Shown here: positions 27,616-36,652 of the stretch, piece by piece
Position numbering within the stretch: the stretch's first letter is position 1
Layout of the letters: every line of letters begins with the position of its first letter
Virus record (IMG/VR): IMGVR_UViG_3300049011_000013
Location: 1 to 58,592 of that record
Origin: a virus
Lineage: Duplodnaviria; Caudoviricetes
DNA length: 58,592 nt
Direction: 5' to 3' (one strand)
Made by a program: the position numbers and the translations under genes
Notes under the pieces: generated by a model
Databases searched by the model: none
Told to the model about the DNA's origin: nothing
Seen by the model: only the letters and a program-made list of their open reading frames with translations

Positions 27616-28703
27616 ATGGGCCGCCAGAGACTAGCAAAAAATCGAGGATTTCCGCCGAACCTGTATCAGAATGCGGCGGGATACTTCTACTATGTCAACC
27701 CGATATCCGGAAAGCAGCGCGGTTTGAAGAAGGATCGCGCCTTTGCGTTTGCGGAGGCGCGCGCGGCGAATGCGGTACTGGCCACGATGCGTCATACGCC
27801 GTTAGCTGATTGGGTGGCTGGCAAGGATTCCTTCACTATCAAGTCGTGGATTCCGGCTTATGAAAAACTGTGGTCCGAGAAGGCTAAGCGCGCCGCGTCC
27901 ACGCTGAGAATGTGCAAGTTTTACCTCAAGCGCATCGAGGAAAGCGACTTCGCCTGGATGCGCCTACGCGATGTCGAGACGGTTCACATAGCCGAACTGA
28001 TTAGGACCACCGAGAAGGATAGCGGGGCCGCCACGGCGTTGATGCTTCGCGCGCGACTCTCCGACCTGTTTCGCATGGCAGAGGCCGAGGGGCACGTTCC
28101 TAGCGGCTGCAACCCGGTGACGGCAACCTACGCGCCAAGCCGAACCGTGAAGCGCGAGCGCCTTTCGCTTGAACAGTTCTGGCTTGTACACGCTCAGGCG
28201 CCAACGTGGCTGCAACGCGCGATGATGCTCGCCCTCTTGACGGCACAGAGGCGGGATGATGTGGCGGGGATGAAGTTCGCGGACTTCAAAGATGGATACC
28301 TGCACATCGTGCAAGGCAAGGGACAGGGCGACATACGGATGCGCCAAGATGGAAGGATCGGACTAAAGGTAGTGGGCTTAACGATAGCAGACGCCATCGC
28401 AGCGTGCCGCGATTTGATCGTGAGCCGGTACATGGTGCATCACACGAAGCACGTATCGAAAGTAAAGCCAGGTGACAGGGTGACTAGCAACGGGCTCTCG
28501 AATGCCTTCCAGTACGCCAGGGAGGCGGCGGGCGGACGCCGCCCAGCTTCCACGAGATTAGGAGTCTTGCCGAGCGGCTATACCGCGAGCAGTACGGGGC
28601 TGAGTTCGCGCAGGCGATGCTTGGCCACAAAAACCCATCGATGACGGAAAAATACAACGATCTGCGCGGCGGCTGGCAAGACATACAAGCAAAGATTCTA
28701 TGA
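27616..28703 (+). pseudogene. int: lambda-family tyrosine integrase, frameshifted near 28531
   Basis: arm-binding N-terminus and LLTAQRRDD lie in one frame; catalytic FHEIRSL...LGHK...T.KY lies in the -1 frame at 28533-28703. Confidence 0.85.
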
Positions 28704-28915
28704 AAATTCTAAACGAATATTCTGAATTTTCGCAAACTCCATGCGGCTGTAAGGCTACTTTCATCGGCTTTGTTAGCGGTCGAAAGCATTATACAAAGGC
28801 TCTTTTATCAATGGAATCAGGCTCTTAAGAGCGAATCGGCCATTATACAACAACCACTCATAACCACTGTACGAACCTATAGTTAACAATGACTTACGAC
28901 TGTATTTTATGAAAA
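28704..28915. other. putative attP region
   Basis: AT-rich gap just downstream of int; CATTATACAA direct repeat (28787, 28841); two one-mismatch IHF-like sites (AATCAGGCTCTTA, TAACAATGACTTA). Confidence 0.5.
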
Positions 28916-29212
28916 CTACGATCCAGATACCCTCACCGACCATTCCTGCAACCAGGTCGCCTCATCCGGCCCACCGCGCCGCTCCAAGCCACGGAACAGC
29001 ATCTTATCGCCTTGCATGGAAATCAGGCGAGCATCGTAGAGGATCGGGATCAGTGGCTCGCGGCTGGAGCCATCGTTCTCGGAGTGCAACTTGAGTTCGT
29101 AGGCGCTGCCGACCATCGCCATGGTGAGGTGACCGGCGACGGGTGGCTCGGAATGGATTTGGCGATCACTGAGGCGCGCGCCATGGCGTCGAAGTTGTTT
29201 GACACTGTACAT
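28916..29212 (-). CDS. SOS-regulated hypothetical protein
   Basis: 98-aa ORF whose ATG lies inside a LexA box. Confidence 0.7.
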   Translation of the reverse strand: MYSVKQLRRHGARLSDRQIHSEPPVAGHLTMAMVGSAYELKLHSENDGSSREPLIPILYDARLISMQGDKMLFRGLERRGGPDEATWLQEWSVRVSGS

Positions 29213-29220
29213 GCGAACAG
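29205..29220. promoter_or_regulatory. LexA (SOS) box
   Basis: CTGT-ACATGCGA-ACAG is a perfect CTGT-N8-ACAG; overlaps a TATACT -10 on the minus strand. Confidence 0.85.
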
Positions 29221-29368
29221 TATAGTGGCGAAAGTGTTTACCCGCGACCCATAAACAACATAGTGCCGATGGTTTGCGAAGTGTTCAATTATTCCTTGTG
29301 CAATATGGCGCAAAGATGCATACTAAAATCCAACTTTAATTTCATGCAGTGCAACTAATGAGGCAGCG

Positions 29369-30169
29369 ATGAAAATTGACGCTAAAGAGCTTGGCGCGAT
29401 CCTGGACCACACGAATCCACCTGATTACGTGCTGTGGAACCGCGAGCGGATTATTAGTTGCGTCGATTTTCTGCGGGCGAGTATTCCGCTTGCTGGCAAG
29501 CGCACGCTCGACCTCGGGCACGATGTGCATGTGGGTTCGCTGCTGGCAAATTTGGGCTGCATCCTACGTGGCAATGTCGCGCCGGATGAGTTAGGAGGGC
29601 ATGAGTCTGCGCGCGACTCAGCGTCGTTTTCGACACCATCAGGCGCAGTCAAGAATTGGCAGTTGGATGCATTCGACTTCGAGAAGGCGTTTCCCTACGA
29701 TGATGCGAGTTTCGATGTCGTGACCACGATGGAAGTGTTCGAGCACGTCCACGATAACCCGCGCGGCTTCCTCCGAGAAATTAAACGTGTGCTAGTGCCT
29801 GGCGGTCATGTGTTCATCGGCACGCCGAATGCTGCTTCATGGGCCAAGATCATGCGCCAGTTCGCGCATGCGCCCTCTTACGACTCTAAGCCGTTTTCGG
29901 AGAACTTCGGGCCGCGCCACCCGATGTGCCATGTCTACGAGTACACCCCATGGGAACTGAAGGACTTGCTCATGAGCGAGGGCTTCGAGATAACCTCGTT
30001 TGGCACATGGGACCCGTACGAATCAGACCCGCGAGGCATTCGCGCTGGCCTGTTGAAATTCCTGCTGGCAGGCGCTTTGGCTGCGCTTGGCTACCTCAAA
30101 TTCTCCGCGCTGATGTATCGCAATCGCGGCCATCAAATGGCCTTGGTCGCGCGCTTGAAGCCAGTCTAA
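29369..30169 (+). CDS. class I SAM-dependent methyltransferase (moron)
   Basis: FPYDDASFDVV...EVFEH...L.EI.RVL.PGG.VFI.TPN; opposite strand to the late operon; AT-rich upstream region. Confidence 0.8.
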   Translation: MKIDAKELGAILDHTNPPDYVLWNRERIISCVDFLRASIPLAGKRTLDLGHDVHVGSLLANLGCILRGNVAPDELGGHESARDSASFSTPSGAVKNWQLDAFDFEKAFPYDDASFDVVTTMEVFEHVHDNPRGFLREIKRVLVPGGHVFIGTPNAASWAKIMRQFAHAPSYDSKPFSENFGPRHPMCHVYEYTPWELKDLLMSEGFEITSFGTWDPYESDPRGIRAGLLKFLLAGALAALGYLKFSALMYRNRGHQMALVARLKPV

Positions 30170-30363
30170 TCGCCCAAGTCCCAGCCATCCACGGCACATC
30201 CGACTGCCCAGGCCTCGTCTTTCGGCTTTGTGTAGAGGATTGCAGCCCCGTGGCGGCCACAACGGCACTTGACCTGTACCGAGGTGGCAAACGGTGTCTT
30301 GCGTCGCTCTACGATGGGCATTAGGCCACAGGCGCATTGGCGGCGGGGCGATTGGGTTGTCAT
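30166..30363 (-). CDS. small Cys-rich protein
   Basis: CACG..P...C.CG motif; coupled. Confidence 0.5.
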   Translation of the reverse strand: MTTQSPRRQCACGLMPIVERRKTPFATSVQVKCRCGRHGAAILYTKPKDEAWAVGCAVDGWDLGD

Positions 30364-31538
30364 GCTGCCTCGAACATCTCAGGGCACACGACAGTCCTAG
30401 CAACTTGACCGAAGCGCTTGTGATACGTGATGACGTTCGCTGCGCGGTCCGATATCCAGCCACCGCGTGAGGCGTGCGCATCCCTAGCCGCCAAGGTTGG
30501 ATGTTGCGTAACCGACATGCCAGAGTATTCCTTCTCGTCAATGTGATGGCGGTGTCCGCAATGGGCATACCGTTTTGTGGTGTCGCCCCACATTTTGGAA
30601 TATTGCGCCGCAAACAACATCGGCAATTGCTCGTTCTTGACCTTATGCCCGTGATGAAAGCCAAGCATGGTTTCGCCGTGCTGGTGGACGTAGAACGGCA
30701 GTTCTGAATCATTGACCGTCATGCGCGGCTCATTCTCAAACATCGCGGCGAACATCTGGCGCAGCCACATTGAACTAGCTTCGTCGTGATTGCCCTCGCA
30801 AATAATGAGGTGCAGAGAATCGTGCTTAGCGAGCGCGTGAGATATCAGACGGCGAAGGACGCGGATCGCTGTTGCCACAATCTTTGAGAATCGACCATCG
30901 GCATCGAGGACGTTTTTGTGCGCTGGCGTCAGCGGTAAAAGCCCGTCCGTGTGAAGAAAATCACCTTGAATGCACAGCACACACGCGGATGCATTTGGCG
31001 AGACATCAACCATATGCGTGAAGCTGGCCATAAGCATGGACTCGGCAATCTTGAGATCCCAATCGGCGCCACCCTCTTTGTGCCATGAAAGCTGGCCCAA
31101 GTGGTAATCCGTGAAAACGTAGAGATTGCAAAGGGCATCGTCGGTGAAGCGGCTAGATTTCAGTGGTACGACACGCGGCAAATCCTCAGACATCGCCGCA
31201 AACGCCGCCTGCATTATCTCGCGCTGACGCTCTGTATCAACTGCGCTCTTGACCCACTGCGCGGAGGGCTTGCCCTCTTTGTCGTAGTAGGTCGAAACGC
31301 CCTTGACCAGATAGCCATCAGGGACCGTCCGGCGCATATCATGCTCGGGCGAATAACCCTTTAGTGCCGCCCGCTTCTTCAGTGCCCTAATACGCTCGTT
31401 GACAGCGTTTTTTGTGACGCCAAGCTCTTTCGCTGCCTGCGTCCCACTTCCCAAGCGATTCACCGACTCCACGCATCTAGCCTCTGTCGGCGTGGCCCAT
31501 TCGAGAAGCTGTGTGTCGATTACGGTCGGCTCGTTCAT
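30360..31538 (-). CDS. HTH plus calcineurin-like metallophosphoesterase
   Basis: TDYH, GDFLH, GNHD, HHGH and GHRHH motifs; N-terminal HTH. Confidence 0.8.
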   Translation of the reverse strand: MNEPTVIDTQLLEWATPTEARCVESVNRLGSGTQAAKELGVTKNAVNERIRALKKRAALKGYSPEHDMRRTVPDGYLVKGVSTYYDKEGKPSAQWVKSAVDTERQREIMQAAFAAMSEDLPRVVPLKSSRFTDDALCNLYVFTDYHLGQLSWHKEGGADWDLKIAESMLMASFTHMVDVSPNASACVLCIQGDFLHTDGLLPLTPAHKNVLDADGRFSKIVATAIRVLRRLISHALAKHDSLHLIICEGNHDEASSMWLRQMFAAMFENEPRMTVNDSELPFYVHQHGETMLGFHHGHKVKNEQLPMLFAAQYSKMWGDTTKRYAHCGHRHHIDEKEYSGMSVTQHPTLAARDAHASRGGWISDRAANVITYHKRFGQVARTVVCPEMFEAA

Positions 31539-31957
31539 TTGGTCCCTAGGTTCATTATCTGCACTTCACTTCCGGTGCTTGAGTCGTACCGGGCCGCGAC
31601 TTCGATTGCGCGCCTCGGGCTGGAGCGCATGGCCATCGCTCCAAGTGCATAAGCCGCGCCAGATCCAATCGCGTAGAAATCGCTGTCAATCGGGATTGCG
31701 ACCATTTCAGCGCCCCACCAAGTAAGCTGCCCGTCCGAGGAAAGCTCAAGCGCCTCAAGGCTGACGGCATCGGAGAAAGTCGGCTTGAGGTCAGGATTGC
31801 GCCGCCACTCGATAAACTTCAGGCATTGCTCGAATGGTCCGGCAACACCAATCAGTGAGCCGTGTACGCGAAATATCTTGCTGGCGTTGAAAGTGTGCAT
31901 TGATGTGATTAAACGGTCTGCGGCCATGCACTTGCGGGTGGCGATCACGGTTGTCAT
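31535..31957 (-). CDS. HslV/proteasome-beta-like Ntn hydrolase
   Basis: N-terminal MTT, AAD, KI, G.AG, AIGSG..YALGAM, D..TG. Confidence 0.75.
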   Translation of the reverse strand: MTTVIATRKCMAADRLITSMHTFNASKIFRVHGSLIGVAGPFEQCLKFIEWRRNPDLKPTFSDAVSLEALELSSDGQLTWWGAEMVAIPIDSDFYAIGSGAAYALGAMAMRSSPRRAIEVAARYDSSTGSEVQIMNLGTK

Positions 31958-31959
31958 GG

Positions 31960-32523
31960 CTAATCCGGCGTCGCTTTGAACCAATCCCCGGCCTTGCCGT
32001 TGATCGCTATTTGCTGCTTGGCGTAGAAGTCGCGCCACCCGAGGGCCTGTTCTCGCCACGCTCGGCAGGCTGTGGCGTTGCTGGCCTCGACTTCTCCGAT
32101 GACAGATAGCGGAATGCCCGCTGGTTCTCGATCAGCGTCGCTGCCGGGTTTAGCAAGCTCACCTGACCAGGCGGCATCGTGGTTGCGCACGAAGCCAGCA
32201 TTGACGCCAAAGCGGGCATCGTCATCACGCGTAATATAGACAGGCACTTGCTTTTCAATTTCATCTCCCTTGATGTAGACCTTCTGGATGCGGTCGCGCC
32301 ACTTCGTTTCAATCTTCGCGACAACTTCGACTTGGCGCTTAACGATGAAGACGGTTTGCGACGCCTGCTTACTGACGTATTCGGCATGAGCATCCGCGCC
32401 GCGTCGGGCTTCGTGTAGGCGCCCCATGCCATAGACCGCCGAAAGCAGTACCAGGAATGCGAGCCACTTGGCCCACGGCGGGATGATGGTTGCGCGGGCG
32501 GTGGCGAGGAATTTGGCAATCAT
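31960..32523 (-). CDS. Rz-like spanin/lysis accessory protein
   Basis: N-terminal transmembrane helix; directly after the endolysin. Confidence 0.6.
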   Translation of the reverse strand: MIAKFLATARATIIPPWAKWLAFLVLLSAVYGMGRLHEARRGADAHAEYVSKQASQTVFIVKRQVEVVAKIETKWRDRIQKVYIKGDEIEKQVPVYITRDDDARFGVNAGFVRNHDAAWSGELAKPGSDADREPAGIPLSVIGEVEASNATACRAWREQALGWRDFYAKQQIAINGKAGDWFKATPD

Positions 32524-33041
32524 TGAGCCCCCATGCATTTATCGTATCGAGCCTTTTGGCGTATCCATACGCCCCAGCAGCGCTTATTCGGACGGCCATT
32601 GACCAAAGTTTTGCAGTCGTAGCCGGCGGCGAAGCGGTAGCGCAGAATCGCCTTGCACGCGGCCACGTAATCGCCCGCGATGATATTTGCGCGCATGGCT
32701 GAGCCGCGCCAATTTCCAATCCCGTACTGCCCGGTGAAGTCGAGATACACGTCATACTCCTCGGGGAACAAGCGCGCATCGGGCGGCAACGAGGCGGCGA
32801 AGGTACGCTCGTCCTTGGACATCAGATTGCGCGCCAACACGGCGGCGCGCTCTCTGGTGATCGTGTCGCCAATCTTGACCGGCGAGCCGTCCTCGTAACG
32901 AGTGCTGCCGTGTCCTATGGTCGGAACGTCGCCCTTTGTCGGGATGACCGCGACATCGGTGAAGCCCTCGCTCGCCTGCCATGTTCCGAAGGCGGCGATA
33001 CTAACCGCCAGCGCGGCAACGAGGCTCCTGGCGCGCCTCAT
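32520..33041 (-). CDS. endolysin, GH24 lysozyme with SAR-like N-terminus
   Basis: EG.......D..TIG.GST catalytic triad; weakly hydrophobic N-terminal helix. Confidence 0.85.
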   Translation of the reverse strand: MRRARSLVAALAVSIAAFGTWQASEGFTDVAVIPTKGDVPTIGHGSTRYEDGSPVKIGDTITRERAAVLARNLMSKDERTFAASLPPDARLFPEEYDVYLDFTGQYGIGNWRGSAMRANIIAGDYVAACKAILRYRFAAGYDCKTLVNGRPNKRCWGVWIRQKARYDKCMGAQ

Positions 33042-33244
33042 TGCATATCCTTCTGCTTGACGAAGCGGCTGTACATGCCGAACGCGGCGAACAGCAGAGC
33101 GACCCCAGCAAACCATTTGCGCGGCATCGCATCGGAGAACAGCGGCAGCGCCATTTCGGCAGCCTGGCACGCCGCACTAACAGCCCACCAGCGTACGGAC
33201 CATGCCTTCCCGAGGACTGCGCGCCAATCATCGATCAGTTTCAT
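33038..33244 (-). CDS. putative holin
   Basis: MKLIDDWR....AWS; two transmembrane helices; precedes the lysozyme. Confidence 0.65.
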   Translation of the reverse strand: MKLIDDWRAVLGKAWSVRWWAVSAACQAAEMALPLFSDAMPRKWFAGVALLFAAFGMYSRFVKQKDMQ

Positions 33245-33510
33245 GTCATGTTCTTTCCGAATTGCGAGAACGCCCAAGTAGCCAGCGCACCGATGGTCGA
33301 AGCCGCCCCGCCGACAAGCATCAATGTTCGCCAGCCGCCCTTAGCCGACGACAGGGCCAAGAGAATCTGATCAATCTTTTCCGTTTGCTCCCGGTTGCTT
33401 TCCTTGAGTTCCCCGACGCTTTTTGTCAGGTGCATCACGTCCACTTCAAGGCGCGCAATTTGAATGCGGGCGTCGGTGATTGCCTTCTCGTTGGCGTTTT
33501 GGTCTGTCAT
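33241..33510 (-). CDS. coiled-coil membrane protein of the lysis cassette
   Basis: coiled coil plus a C-terminal transmembrane helix. Confidence 0.6.
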   Translation of the reverse strand: MTDQNANEKAITDARIQIARLEVDVMHLTKSVGELKESNREQTEKIDQILLALSSAKGGWRTLMLVGGAASTIGALATWAFSQFGKNMT

Positions 33511-34007
33511 GGATTAGCCGTAAAAAAACCCGCCGAAGCAGGTTGGTTGTAGGGAAGTTTCGCAAGCTGCACTTGTCGTAGATCGTTCGGTGTCACCCTC
33601 CGCAATTCAGCGGGATCGAGAATCCAATTGTCGCCAGCGCCAAGTGCCGCGAGAATGATTTCGCTGCACCACCAGCGGTCATCGTCCTGCCACGCCTCCG
33701 AGCGCAGGATCGGCAATCCGATAGCGCCAAGCCAGTCATAGCCCTTGCCGTACTGGTCGCGCAGGAATGTGCGCATGGCCTCTATGTTTGGGACGATCAC
33801 TACCATGTCCTGAAACTTCTTCACGCCGCGCATGGCTATGTCCGTCTTCACGTACCGCGTTCCACCCCACGTCACAGCCTCCGACACCATGTCGCCGTCA
33901 ATCAGCATGCAGTGATTAAACTCGCGCGACTGGGATAGTTTGGCTGCGATCCTGCTGCCGATGTGCCCCTTGGTCGTGAATCGAACAACGACGCGGCCCG
34001 GCCTCAT
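33507..34007 (-). CDS. permuted papain-like (YiiX/YebB NlpC/P60) protein
   Basis: N-terminal His (FNHC), G.GYD and C-terminal WWCSE. Confidence 0.7.
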   Translation of the reverse strand: MRPGRVVVRFTTKGHIGSRIAAKLSQSREFNHCMLIDGDMVSEAVTWGGTRYVKTDIAMRGVKKFQDMVVIVPNIEAMRTFLRDQYGKGYDWLGAIGLPILRSEAWQDDDRWWCSEIILAALGAGDNWILDPAELRRVTPNDLRQVQLAKLPYNQPASAGFFTANP

Positions 34008-34390
34008 GGCAGGCTCGCGGCGAGAATAAAGAGTTCGTCAAGGTCAAGGCCCATCGCGCCGCCAATGGCGATCACCAAGGGGCGGGTGCGCTCGAACGTT
34101 TGCGACGTGCGGAACTCGATCAAGGCAAGCTCGCGCTGAAGGCCGGTCAATGCCGCCTCGATTGCGGCCTCGATCATTGCCTCGGTAACGCCGGAAATCA
34201 GAAGCGCTTGCAGGCCACGGCGGCGCGTGACTTCTTGCGGCACGACTGGAACTGGCGGTGGATCGGCCACTTCGGTGACGCCGTGCGCGGCACGATTCTC
34301 CCCGTTGAGGAACCAGCCTGCGGGATACTGCACGTCACCAATGACATGCAGCATATTGATATCGAATGGATTGCCAAGACGAATAAACAT
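34004..34390 (-). CDS. tail-fibre-associated protein
   Basis: QYPAGW; P.EVT.R....AL...FER..P......GL....LF..AA; located after the fibre genes. Confidence 0.6.
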   Translation of the reverse strand: MFIRLGNPFDINMLHVIGDVQYPAGWFLNGENRAAHGVTEVADPPPVPVVPQEVTRRRGLQALLISGVTEAMIEAAIEAALTGLQRELALIEFRTSQTFERTRPLVIAIGGAMGLDLDELFILAASLP

Positions 34391-34397
34391 GGGTGCC

Positions 34398-35384
34398 TTA
34401 CATGAAGGAAAGAAAGCCGCTGTAGATGACAACGAAAGTCCAGTTGGTATTGCCGCCGCTATCTGCGGAGCGCGTGGCATAAAAGGTCGATGACGGGCTG
34501 GCGATGATGTCTCTGATGTCGCAGTTGTAGACCATCACAGTTCCTCCGCCCGACTTGACCAGGGTAGCTGGCGTGCCAGGCGATGACGACCGAATGCTCA
34601 TGATTGCGTATGGCGTGCCGTCTGCTGTGAGCGTCGCAAGCGTGGTTGTCGCGCTAGCCGGGAAATATAGGTTTGCCGACGATCCGGTAATTTTCACGTC
34701 GTTAAAGGTGTTCGCGCCGGTCAGCGTGCATGTGTTGGTGGAATCCCACCAAAAATTGTTGTAGGTTTTACCACCGCCAGCGAAAGTTACAGAGATTCCT
34801 GTAAACCTCAGCAATGAGGTGCCCCCATCTACCGTGCAGCCCGAGCCAATCGTAAATAGAGCACCATTGCCATAAAATAACCATGTGCCGGAGCCAAAGT
34901 TGATGGTTGCAGCTCCAGATGCAAACAATCCTTCACAGGTAACATTGGCACTGCTGGCTGTAAGCGTTGCCCCATCACCCACGCTTATCCATCGAGGAGA
35001 GATAGCTAGGCCCAATGTAAGCACTGCGGGACTAAGAACGCCAAGCGTATCTAACACGCACGCCGCCTGGTTCAGGGAGCCAGACGCCTCAAACTGCACT
35101 TGGTCAACTGAGGCAAGTCCAGTCAGATTTACATTGCCATACGCGTGCAAAGTACCAGTGAACGTCATCGCGTTCACCGCTCCAATTGTTCCGAAGGACT
35201 TGCAATAGGCCTGATCGGTTGCCAGCGGAATCGTCCTGACCACACCTGAATTCACATCGAAGATTACGTCTGTATTGATATCCGGGACCAGGCCATTGCT
35301 AGGCCCGCCCGACGTGTCAGACCAGCCGCCAGCCGACAGTGCATCCCAGGTTGCCAGCGTCGAGCGTGCATACATGTTCGCCAT
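34398..35384 (-). CDS. beta-helix-like tail fibre/spike protein
   Basis: Gly/Thr/Ser-rich beta-solenoid-like repeats; WSDTSGG...DV.FD.NSG N-terminus. Confidence 0.6.
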   Translation of the reverse strand: MANMYARSTLATWDALSAGGWSDTSGGPSNGLVPDINTDVIFDVNSGVVRTIPLATDQAYCKSFGTIGAVNAMTFTGTLHAYGNVNLTGLASVDQVQFEASGSLNQAACVLDTLGVLSPAVLTLGLAISPRWISVGDGATLTASSANVTCEGLFASGAATINFGSGTWLFYGNGALFTIGSGCTVDGGTSLLRFTGISVTFAGGGKTYNNFWWDSTNTCTLTGANTFNDVKITGSSANLYFPASATTTLATLTADGTPYAIMSIRSSSPGTPATLVKSGGGTVMVYNCDIRDIIASPSSTFYATRSADSGGNTNWTFVVIYSGFLSFM

Positions 35385-35392
35385 ATCGCGCC

Positions 35393-36652
35393 TTAGATGT
35401 TATCCAGCACGGATACGAGATCCCACTTGGAGTCAACGCCGTTAAATATCCAGCCGATGTACATCGTTTTATTGGCGATGGTAGTAGAAGGAAAGGCCAA
35501 ATTACTACCGGCGCGGTATATCGAGTTGTACGCGAAGGTTCTTGGTGTGCCATTGTCCTTAACGCGAAACATGAGCGACTGACCATCCGCTGGTGTACCG
35601 GTCGGAGCTGCAAAGGTGGCATTCGCCGCGAGCGCGGTAACGGTGAATAGGTCGGTCGTTGCGCAGTTGGGCGTTGGCGCGCTGCTGCTAGTGATCGTGT
35701 TGACCCGGCGTTGCAACGATCCAAGGTCGCCCGAGCGCGAGAAATGCAGGCAAAGGTTATCGCCGTTCGTGAACGGGCTTGAGGCACTGGCTGATACAAG
35801 GGCAACCGTGAAGTTTTTATAGCCGGACGGCGATGCAATCGAAGACAGCGTGAACAACATCCATTTGCTAGGGTCGCCGTATTTCGTCAGACGCAGCAGG
35901 CCCTTGACGGCATTCGTACTGTCATCCATGGCATCGAGTGCGTCAGTTTGCGTCGTTCCAAAGCGATCAACCAAGTCCATGCGGATAACGGTCGAAAGGT
36001 TCTGCGTCGCATTGGACAGGCGCAGCACGCCCGCGCCCGGATCACTATCGGTCGTTGTTGAACTGAAGGTGTAGCCGATAGAGTCGGTTGCGCCATCGGT
36101 GCCGTTGGTGCCAGCCGTTCCAGTGCTTCCGGTGTCGCCCTTGTCGCCGGTTCGCCCGAAGTACATCACCACCGTGTCGCCATCCGCGAACGGACTTGAG
36201 GTGCTTGAGGAAACCGGCGTAACAGTGAAATTGCGGTAGCCGGCTGGTGATGCAATAGCGGTTAGGGCAAACATCAGCCACTTGGAGGCGTCGCCAGATT
36301 TGATGACGCGAATGAAGCCCTTAATAGTGCTGGTGCTATCGTCCATCGTATCGAGAACGGTCGTTTGCGTAGTGCCAAGAGCATCGGCCAAATCAAGGCG
36401 CATCACCGTTGCCGCGTTTTGAGTCGCGCTGCCAAGTCGCATATATCCAGCGCCAGGGTCGGAGTCGGTGGTCGTGGTGCTAAAGGTGTACTGGATCGAG
36501 TTTGCGCCGCCAGCGGACGCTGCGTTCATCGCCGCAGCCAGGGCGTTTGCCTCAGTGCAGAAGGTCGGCAGCTGAGATAGAAAGAACGCATCCAACGACG
36601 CGCGGAAGCCAGCGGCAGTGCGGTCTAGCGATGGAAGTGGCGTAATTGACAT
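35393..36652 (-). CDS. tail fibre protein with a duplicated domain and collagen-like linker
   Basis: two copies of YTFS.TTTDSDPGAG...F.R.GD.G joined by G-X-Y triplets. Confidence 0.7.
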   Translation of the reverse strand: MSITPLPSLDRTAAGFRASLDAFFLSQLPTFCTEANALAAAMNAASAGGANSIQYTFSTTTTDSDPGAGYMRLGSATQNAATVMRLDLADALGTTQTTVLDTMDDSTSTIKGFIRVIKSGDASKWLMFALTAIASPAGYRNFTVTPVSSSTSSPFADGDTVVMYFGRTGDKGDTGSTGTAGTNGTDGATDSIGYTFSSTTTDSDPGAGVLRLSNATQNLSTVIRMDLVDRFGTTQTDALDAMDDSTNAVKGLLRLTKYGDPSKWMLFTLSSIASPSGYKNFTVALVSASASSPFTNGDNLCLHFSRSGDLGSLQRRVNTITSSSAPTPNCATTDLFTVTALAANATFAAPTGTPADGQSLMFRVKDNGTPRTFAYNSIYRAGSNLAFPSTTIANKTMYIGWIFNGVDSKWDLVSVLDNI

